NCBI GenBank assembly: GCA_965645245.1
Contig: OZ287074.1
Coordinates: 682,001 to 746,000 of the forward strand
From: Massalongia carnosa
Taxonomy: Eukaryota
Length of the DNA stretch: 64,000 nucleotides
Direction: 5' to 3'
Below the pieces are notes generated by a model, which saw nothing but the letters and a program-made list of their open reading frames with translations, was not told where the DNA came from and ran no database searches. The position numbers were made by a program, and so were the translations under genes. Below, in pieces: positions 39,901 through 49,664 of this stretch. How positions within the stretch are numbered: the stretch's first letter is position 1; each line of letters opens with the position of its first letter.

Positions 39901-40710
39901 CTCTGATCGTTGCTGCGCATGTTACGGAGTACTCTGATTGATTTCGTTGAATTCCGATGATTCTCTAAAGAGATCTGCGGTATGTTAGTCAGCGCTCCCG
40001 GCTCCCCAAACTAACTTTGCCTCTGGCTTAATGTTCAAGACGACAATGATTTCGACCTCACAAAACAACGTCACAATTTCACTATTTTCATGTTTATAGA
40101 GTCATCGTCGCTTGATATAATCATCATCAATGAATTATTTTTTTTTGTTATAAATTTCAACGTTTATTTATGTTTATAATGTGCAGAGCAATTTTACATT
40201 ATTTTCGTAATTGAATGTCCGATATATCCGTCGGCGTCCGAGCCGCCCGAACGAACCCCACCCGACGGCATAACCCGACACTAAAAGATAAGATAAGAAA
40301 ATATACCTGCACCACCACCTAATGACTACCTGAATTTCATAGTTGACTGAATTATAGACCTCACTCAGCGCATTCAGATTATTTAAAAATATTGAAAAAC
40401 GACTCGCTATTGTAGTAAAAGTTCTGATGGTCAGAAGGTCAAAAGGTCAGAAATATTCCGCCGGGTGGAGGGCTCTCTGAAATATCGAGAAGTTGCCTCC
40501 TCCACCTGCCATGCAGTCCTCACTTAGTGACTACCGTTTGCTCATAATTTACCTGCTGATAGAGGTCGCTCAGTAGACTCGATTGATGTAAAAATCATCA
40601 AAAACGAAGTGATGGTATAAAAGTTCTAATGTTTTGAAGATAAAAGGTCGTCTCTTCCCATCGGTTGCATCGTTTTTGCTCATTTTGTCATCATTGCTTA
40701 GCATGGCTAT

Positions 40711-41117
40711 TGTTGAGAATTGAGCCGAGATGTCTGCTTATTAATAAGAGCACTAACCGAATGCGGATCAAGCACTAAGGGTTATTTCGGCCGTGGCAAC
40801 ACATCACTAATCATTCGAGATGTCATCTATCTGCCAGCTAAGGGAGGCAAAACGGAATATATTGTTAGATGGCGAGGCTACCATTGGTTAGCTGGTCAGG
40901 CTACCATCAATCTAGGCATCCATCGTGAGTCACACGGGTGTCTACCAGGCACCTATGGAGGTGCCTAACAGGCAGCTATGGGAAGCCTACAGCATTACTG
41001 CTGTGTGACTGCTATAAAAGCAGGTAGATAGCCCACATAGATAATAACCCTCAATGACATGTATGCTTCTTATTTGCCCTACTTCCGTTTCATGATCAAT
41101 AGCCTGGTGTTTCAACA
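40711..41117 (+). repeat. Copia 5' LTR
   Basis: Matches 44747-45153 except G41005 versus T45041 (compared by eye). Confidence 0.97.
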
Positions 41118-41193
41118 GGTTATGAGCCCGGTCAGCTATTAGAGAAATAAGAAGCCATTGATATTCGACTCCACCCTAATTCGTTTCGTCCCA

Positions 41194-44100
41194 ATGTCTT
41201 CATCAGCTGCGTCAACGTCGACCACCCCGCTGGGGTCCGGAAAAGGGCCGGAAGAAGAGTCGACGAGTGAGAATGTTGATGGCCAGTATAAGGCTGGTGT
41301 GGGATTAAAAGGTGAGATTAAGGTGACAAAACTGACACAGGATAACTTTCGTACCTGGATGAAGATCATGCGACTTAATCTAATCGGTAAGAAGTTGTGG
41401 GGTATCGTCGACGGTAAGACAGCACGCCCCAGCGATTCTAGACCGAATGATCAGACGTCTTGGGAGTTTGATAATGCAACGGTTATGACCTACATCATGA
41501 CGTCTGTAGACGACGAGCAGTTGCAGCACATCGTACTCTTGGACACCGCCAAGGAGCAGTGGGACACGTTGTATCGAATTCATCAGGACATAGGAAAAAC
41601 ACGGCTGGTTCCCCTACTGCGAAGACTGTCAGCGTATCGAGCTGGACCTTCACAGACGGTGGAACAGATCGCGTCGGAGCTTAGAAAGATAGCTTCAATC
41701 ATAGGAGAAATCAGACTTGAGGAAAAGCCTTCGGATTTCTTTCTAGCTCGTACCCTTCTAGACTCGGTGGACGGCAGCGCGTATGCAATGGCCCGAGCCC
41801 TGTTGGAAGAGAAAGACGATTTGACCATGTTGATGGTCATCGAAAAGTTCAAAGAAGTTGAACAGAAGAACAAGGACAATGAGGTAAACATTCACGAAGT
41901 TGCTAATAGGGCGTCATCCGATCGAAAGTTCAGTGGAAAATGCTACCATTGCGACAAAGTGGGGCATATAAAGACCAGCTGTTTCTTATGGTTGAAAACG
42001 GATGAGGGCCAGAAGCATCAAAAGGGGAGTGAGAATACTGATCATATGTCGAATAAAACCCGAGGTAAATCATCGAACGGGGGACGGGGCCGAAAGCCGA
42101 AGAAGTCGGAAGAGGCACGACTGACCCGAGAGGATGAAGATGACGCTCGATCCGAAGCCAGCGATGCTTCAGAGTACGCCAGGATGGCTGTTGAAGACGC
42201 TGAAGAATATATTCAGGCCGCCCAATTCGAAGCCCAGGAGGAATATGCCCTGGCCGCGACTGCACGAATGGGGGCTGGATCTGAAGCCCAGGCCGCTCGA
42301 TTTGGCGCGATTGCGCAAACGGGGGCTGGCACTCCATCGAAGGAATGGATTATTGACTCCGGAGCGAGTCGGCACATGACTCCTGATAGGGGGTTATTCG
42401 TCAGCATGATGCTGATTAGGACGACAGTGAGGGTGGCCGATGGTACGGTCATTTTGTCAATTGGTAGAGGAGACGTCCTTGTACGGATGAGAAACGGGGA
42501 GAAGATACGACTGACTGAAGTGTTATTTGTCCCCGAACTCGATACCAACCTACTGTCGATACGAGCTCTTCAGGCGAAGGGAATTTCCGTCCGCTTCGGC
42601 CTGAATGGAGTCGAAATCACCCGCGGTGAGGCCTTATTGGCCACCGGAGTGTTGTCTGGATCGTCGTACCTATTGAGGCCAGCCAGAGAGGATGTGGCCC
42701 TGATTACTGAGGTAACGAAGGAGAAACACTCACCGAACCCGGCTCGGGATGATTATTTGTTATAGCATGCGCGAATGGGGCATGTCAGTCTCAAAAGACT
42801 AGAGAAACTTCCATCATTGACCACCGGAACGGGTGCGATCAAAGGAGTGGATGCAACCGCTCATTCTGATAAGTGCGTCACCTGCAAATATACCAAAATG
42901 ACGAAGGTAATCAGTCGAATGCCGCCATTGAAATCAACGCGACGAGGAGAACGTACGTTTTCGGACTATTGGGGCCCGTACAAGGTAGCGAATCTTCAAG
43001 GATCGCAATATTTCCTGTCATTTGTCGATGATTTTTCTCGTCGATCTGAGGTGTATTTTGGATCGAGGTTGACCCTGAAAGAAAACTTTCAACGATATAA
43101 AGCGAAGTTCGAAGTCGAGACTGGAGAGAAGCTAGGTCTAATTCGTACGGACAACGCAAAGGAATATCACGCTTTGGAAAAAGACCTTCTGAAAGAAGGC
43201 ATTCAAATGGAGTTTACAGACCCGTACACCCCTGAGCAAAACGGGGTCGCTGAGCGTCTGAATCGAACCCTAATGCAGATGGTTAGGGCTATGCAACTAT
43301 GGGCTGGATTGCCCAGGGAATTTTGGGGGGAGGCCTTGATGGTCGCGAATTATCTTCGGAATCGGCTCCCAACCAATACACACGGAGGGAAAATGACTCC
43401 ATACGAGGCCTGGTACGGCCGAAGACCGGATCTGGGCCACTTACGAACCTATGGATGTTTGGTTCATGCCCGTATCCCCAGCGAAAGAAGAGACAAAATG
43501 GATGTCGTCTCATTTCAGGGAGTATTCGTCGGGTACCACTCATCAAAACAATATCGAATTTATAACCCCAAAACGAAGAAAATCGGATGGCATTCGAGCC
43601 TTGATTTTTTCGAGGACTGGCCTGGGGGACCATTGTTAAACGTTCCTACCGAGTCAGGGACATGGGAAATTGACACAATTGACAGCGATTACGAGCCCGA
43701 CAAGTATCTCGACAATCAACTCATCACCAACGAGGGAGGAGATGAGGTCATTGGTGATAACGGCCAAAACAAGAATTTATCAGTAGGGGCTGACCCCACA
43801 TCTCAAATTGAAAATCCTGAAGAGATTACATCGCCAGTGGGAGCTGATCCCGCCTCTTCAAATGAAGGAATACCCACGATTGAACTGAATGCTCAGTCAA
43901 ACACAGGTATCCCTGCAACTATCGAAGGCAAATCGCCCAGAAAAAGGACTCCTACAACGACTGCATTCACCCGATCAAAGAGAGAGAGAAAGCCGTACGA
44001 CAAATACGCATTCGACAATAATCAAGCTCTTCAAACAAATGACGATCATGATCCCACTTCGTACAGTGAGGCCGTCAACGGAGACTGGCGAAAATGGAAA

Positions 44101-44628
44101 ATAGCCATCAAAGAAGAACTTGATGCCCTACTGTCAAACGGAACATTTTTGGTGGTAAATCAGCCCTCGAATCGAGACCTGATCACGTCCAAATGGGTAT
44201 TCAAGGTAAAACGTCACGGAATGGTAATGAAAATTTTCGGGGGAGCGTGCATCTGGCGAAGTGCCAAACAGCGATCGACGTCATCATCGAGTACCGAAGC
44301 CGAATACGTCTCCATGTGCGAAGCCGGAAAACAGCTCGTTTGGGCCAGCAGATTAATGAGTCAATTGCATCTGCGTCCCAACAAGGCCATTGACTTGAAG
44401 GGTGACAATCAGGGATGTTTAGCACTTATTAAAAATCCTGAACATCACTCTCGTACAAAACACATTGACGTTCAATATCACTACATTCGGGAAATCGTCG
44501 ACGATGGGTTAATTCGAATTTCCTACGTCCCCACGGCCGAAATGTTAGCTGACATATTCACCAAGCTTTTGCCACAGGCATCATTCGAACGGCTCCGGGC
44601 AAGCCTAGGGGTGAAGATAGTTAGCTAA
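41194..44628 (+). pseudogene. Copia gag-pol with one premature stop and an in-frame RT deletion
   Basis: Zinc knuckle CYHCDKVGHIKTSC; protease WIIDSGASRHM; LL*HARMGH (TAG 42763-42765 at the conserved Trp); integrase SDYWGP, RTDNAKEY, PEQNGVAER; SKWVFKVK joined directly to RNase H (SSTEAEY, DNQG, KHID, ADIFTK). Confidence 0.92.
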
Positions 44629-44746
44629 GGGGTTTGGACGTACATCGGCCGTTTGGCCCATGGCCCAGGGGACACGCCCCGAGGGCGACACGCGATGGTT
44701 GGTACAGCGAGGGCATGAGGCCATCCAGACATTCTCGGAGTGGGAG

Positions 44747-45153
44747 TGTTGAGAATTGAGCCGAGATGTCTGCTTATTAATAAGAGCACTAACCGAATGC
44801 GGATCAAGCACTAAGGGTTATTTCGGCCGTGGCAACACATCACTAATCATTCGAGATGTCATCTATCTGCCAGCTAAGGGAGGCAAAACGGAATATATTG
44901 TTAGATGGCGAGGCTACCATTGGTTAGCTGGTCAGGCTACCATCAATCTAGGCATCCATCGTGAGTCACACGGGTGTCTACCAGGCACCTATGGAGGTGC
45001 CTAACAGGCAGCTATGGGAAGCCTACAGCATTACTGCTGTTTGACTGCTATAAAAGCAGGTAGATAGCCCACATAGATAATAACCCTCAATGACATGTAT
45101 GCTTCTTATTTGCCCTACTTCCGTTTCATGATCAATAGCCTGGTGTTTCAACA
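44747..45153 (+). repeat. Copia 3' LTR
   Basis: Copy of 40711-41117, preceded by a PPT and followed by the TSD. Confidence 0.97.
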
Positions 45154-46342
45154 GCTATGAAGTACTGTCTATTCATGCATTTTGAGGTCTATTTGCTATA
45201 AATTTTACTTGTAATTCGCTAGTGTGGATTGACTTCACTAAAGGTTCCACTCAGCCTTCCAATAAGTATTGCTTCTTGATGAATACTTGCCGCAAACTCA
45301 CTTATAAATTCGTCTTTTCTTTGAGCTATCGTTACTACTTCAGTACCAGTCTTACTCCTTTTACATTACTTCTACATTTAGTGTGAGGCTCACCCTAAAT
45401 CCAACGAGCTTGTGGTAGAAGAAATACCTTTCTGGTTGGCACCCGGCACCCTGCTCTTGTCCTTGTTTGCCTCACTTCTCAGCGAAACCTGGAATCGTTC
45501 GCCTATGTGCAACCCCTTTACAGTCGGTGGATACACGGCGTGAAAGAAAAGCTACTTGTCGTAGCCGTTGCTTCCGCTGGAAGAAATGAGTTTCTTCTTT
45601 GCCTGGTCGTGTGATGTTGTGATATTCTCCATCTCACTCTAATGTCCTACTTTGCACGAGCTTATCGGCATTTATCCAAAGACCTTAAGGCAGGTATGGA
45701 ATATGACGGAAACAATCGCCCTGATCTTGCTTCATCATTTTGACTATGTACCTACTTTACTGTCACCAAAATTCTAAGCCTGCATTTGATCAACATTGCA
45801 AGGTCTGCAAAGCTCTTCTCAAAATACTCAAATGTCCTACTCTCCGGCATAGAAGGGGATTTCCATATCACGTGGACTTCTCAAACTCTCCAAAGAAAGA
45901 AAAGGAAGCTATCCGAAATAGTTTTGTTTCTGGATATGTTTATCAATCTGTTCCTCCTATTTTCTTCATAGCTAAGCTGCTTCAATGAATCATTCCGAAT
46001 CATTTTTAAACATCTGATCTGATATCATTGAGTTTTCATAGTCGCAGGACGCACTGCGGTAGCCTTCGTCGTCACTAAAGGGGGTGAAGTTAGGGCATTG
46101 CTTTGATAAGTCACTAGAGTCCTTCACTACACGAGTAACTTATATGTAACTCGTACGGCTAGAGGTTTATTTTAATAAAAATTATACTGTTCATTTGTTC
46201 ATGGTATAAAGCAACATAATGAGTTGTCGATTACTGCATTCTTTTCTAAGCCCTTCTAAGGCTTTCTTGTTGAGAGTCTCCCAAGGCTAGGGAAAGGCTG
46301 GCATCAAAATTTTATCCTGGGTTAGGGGGACCAAGAAATCAT

Positions 46343-46900
46343 ATGTTGCATCAGCTAAACAAGAAAATGAAGATTGCCACTTCCCCCCTAGAGGTTCATG
46401 TACGGTTCTATTTGTGCTCCTCTTCCAAGGAACACAATGCAGAGAGAGATAAGATGCTACCGATGAAGGGGCAGGATTTGCGGAAATGGATCGACTCTCT
46501 GAATCCCGACTACCCTGCCACGAGAAAGCTTGGTATCCTAATCACCTATACCATCTTCCTTGCGCGAAAATTATATTCGAGGGGTATAGAGACTGAGGTT
46601 TTGACGACACGCAAATCAGAAACAGGAAAACGGGTGATCATTGGTTCCGGCACGGACAGCGATTTTAAAGATACGGAAGATCTCACATATGAAATGCTAC
46701 AGCCATTAAGGCTACATTACACCTTATTTTCGAACGAGTTAACGCTAATAAGGGGCACAAGATGAAATTTGTTAGAACGAAGACCAATCAGTGTATCGTC
46801 ACATTGAACGCTTCTTGTGTGGCCTTGCTTAGTGCCACGCCCATGATGAATCGACGCTAGGATCTTCATGGCATCCTCTCTATATATTGCGAGGATAAAT
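46343..46900 (+). pseudogene. Degenerate SNF2-like helicase fragment
   Basis: After a frameshift, the frame from 46729 reads FERVNANKGHKMK...VALLSATPMMNRR*DLHGIL, matching decayed motif II (DEGH) and motif III. The upstream ORF has ILITYTIF, similar to motif Ib/TxY. Confidence 0.6.
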
Positions 46901-48434
46901 ACAGCATGACTACAAGGGAGAGGCAGTAATTCCAGGCATAGAGTTCAAGATCAAGCAATAGGCTGGGGACTGCGGGATCCGCCGTACTGGAACACTTGAT
47001 CATTACAGTAATGAGTGAGGAACGTCCTTGGAACGGCTAGGTTCACAAAGCAGAATGTCCACGCATTCCCTTACGTTTACCAGAACGATGAAAAATAGAT
47101 TTGCGGGATGGGATGATCTAGACGAGATCACGAGGACAATATTATCGAGACGAGGCGATCAATGCAGTGTTATTGGGCGGCTATAGTGTGACGGGTTTAC
47201 CAGGACGGTTTTATCAGGCGTAGTATAGAGCAGTGGTGGATTTTGAACGCAACTACTGAACCTTTTCTTCCTTATCCATGAAACATCTACTCATCTCTTC
47301 TACCCACTGCATACAGTTCATTGTCACCATTTTCGAGCATTCTACGTAAGGGAAGGGCAAATTTGCTGCTTAAGAGCAGGTAGCATTAATCGAAAAGCGC
47401 TCAACACAAACTTACAAAATCTCTTATACTTTGTGTTTCCATGAAAGAATTTTGTAGGTGGTAGATAGCACGATGCGGAAAATGCAAGAGAGAGAACCGG
47501 CAGAACCGAGAGAACCGAGAGAGCAAGTAATCGTCGGCTAGTCGCTCGCTTAATCCTCTCCCTCCAAGAAGCTAAAAACTTCGTAGGAAAGCAAAGCTTC
47601 GTAGGCTCGCAACGTTAAACCACCACTACATCACTAAAGCATCACCGCATCATTTAAATTACTATCAGATTTACTATCACATTATCATATTATTATCACA
47701 TCATAAATCATTGCTATCTATATCTACAATGGATTCTGTATTCTTACAAACACGTATTAGTGACGCTAAAACATTCTTGTTGGAAAATCCTGACGAACGA
47801 ACTGCATGCGCAGCTCAGATATTCAAAATTCGGCCTACAACGTTGTACAACTCTATTGCGACTGATAAGAAATCTTCTTTTTCTGATATGAAATCTTCTT
47901 CTATCAAGAAATCTTCTTCCAGTGCAAAAAATGCAAGAGGTGGACAAAACAAGATACTTGGGGAGCATCAAGTAAAAGCGATTCATCACTTTATTCGATC
48001 CTTACTTGCACAGGGTATTCAATCATCGCATGAAGTTGTATTCAATGCAATTGTCAGTTTAAAACGCGGGCAAAATCCTGAGTCGAGTGGACCTACTCTA
48101 CGCTGGTTCAGAACATGATGGAAAAAGAATAACCTACACAAGATCAAGACTAAGTCATTAGCAATGATATCGTGGGAGGTAACGCATTGGGTTTAGCGGA
48201 AAGCTAACCTCATCAAGGTTAGTAAAGGGGTCAAGGAGTTATAAGAAAATCTCTGCAGCAATTGTTGCTTTCTTCTTTGTGTTCGTCTTGTTTATTTAGC
48301 ATAGCTATTAGCTAGCCATCAAGACCATCATCACCACCACTTGGGTAGGCCTTCTATTGCCCACCCGTTACATTACGAACACCACTCCCATACCTCAAGT
48401 GGTCCTTCGTCCCCAAGTCCTTCTCCCGAAAAGG

Positions 48435-49664
48435 ATGGCCTCCAGCTCCTCCGCCGAGGCATCCACCCCTCTCTCCGAAGGCCAGACCTTCGATCTTCCC
48501 CCTCCGGACTTCAAAAACGAAGCCTCTCTTGCCCCTCACGTCATCACGCCTGATGCCCGGAGCCACTCGATCCAGAAATTTCCCCACGAGTGGTACAATT
48601 TTTCTATTCAAGCTGCCAATCAGATCACGTCCCTCTTGAGCTCCCTGGACATAAGAACGAGTCAGTGCGAGTCTTTAGAATCGGAGCGTGATCAAATCCG
48701 CCGTCAGCTGCGTGACTCCAATGACGAACTGATCGCGGCTCGAGCCTTGATCATCACCCTTCGCGGACACCCATTCCCCATCGGGCACGCAGACTCCCGA
48801 TCGGAGAGACTCTCGGACATTCCCAAGTTCTTGGGAAAGAAGGAGGATTTACGTTCCTGGACAACCCAACTGCACTTGAAACTTTTCGTCAATAAAGACC
48901 GCTTCACCGGAGAAAAATCAGGACTCATCTATGCTATCAGCCGATTGGAGGGGCGTGCGCTCTCCCAGGTACAACCCTATGTCAATTCACAGCACGAGAT
49001 CTCTCTGCCGGATGTACCGTCCCTCCTGTTGCTGTTGGAACATGCGTTCGGGGACCCTGACCGAAAGGCCACCGCGCAGCGTGAGCTGCGTGCCCTTCGT
49101 CAGGCAAATCGAGAGTTCCATGTGTACTTAGCAGATTTCCAACGCATCGCCCCGGACACCAATTTTGATGAGGAAGCTCAACGCGCTGCCCTGCAACAAG
49201 GTATCAGCGAAGAACTTCAACAGCTAATGGTAACGCAGCAGGTCCCGGAGGACCTCAACGAGCTGATCTCGTTACTGCAACGGCTAGATACTCGCCAGCG
49301 CAATGTCAATGCCCTGCTCCGGAAGTCCTACTCGCCCCGGTCCGCCCCATCTTCTTCTGATGCGGGGACCACACTTCGTAACCATCCGTCTGGGGGGGTT
49401 GCCCTACCCCGAACCGTCTCCCCCGCCGCCGCCGCTCCCGCCTCGCCTCCAGACGCCATGGACCTCTCCGCCTTCTCTCGAGGCAAGTTGCCCTCGGCGG
49501 AAGTAACTCGTCGTATGAACGAGGGACTGTGCCGTTACTGCGGGGAGTCCGGGCACTTTGCGGCCAACTGTCCTAAACTGGCACGAAGGGGGAAACCCAA
49601 GCCGTCACGACTCAACGAGTCTACCCTTGCGGAGTCGACGGAAAACGCAGTGCCTTCGAGCTAA
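48435..49664 (+). CDS. Gypsy Gag
   Basis: FGDPDR, LRQ, DAMDLS and zinc knuckle CRYCGESGHFAANC; ORF is open. Confidence 0.92.
   Translation: MASSSSAEASTPLSEGQTFDLPPPDFKNEASLAPHVITPDARSHSIQKFPHEWYNFSIQAANQITSLLSSLDIRTSQCESLESERDQIRRQLRDSNDELIAARALIITLRGHPFPIGHADSRSERLSDIPKFLGKKEDLRSWTTQLHLKLFVNKDRFTGEKSGLIYAISRLEGRALSQVQPYVNSQHEISLPDVPSLLLLLEHAFGDPDRKATAQRELRALRQANREFHVYLADFQRIAPDTNFDEEAQRAALQQGISEELQQLMVTQQVPEDLNELISLLQRLDTRQRNVNALLRKSYSPRSAPSSSDAGTTLRNHPSGGVALPRTVSPAAAAPASPPDAMDLSAFSRGKLPSAEVTRRMNEGLCRYCGESGHFAANCPKLARRGKPKPSRLNESTLAESTENAVPSS

Larger units (their letters stand above)
40711..45153 (+). mobile_element. Ty1/Copia LTR retrotransposon with intact boundaries, lacking the RT core
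   Basis: 407-bp TG...CA LTRs (40711-41117, 44747-45153); TSD GCTAT (40706-40710, 45154-45158); PBS GGTTATGAGCCC at 41118; purine tract 44737-44746; domain order gag-PR-IN-(RT)-RNaseH. Confidence 0.97.
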
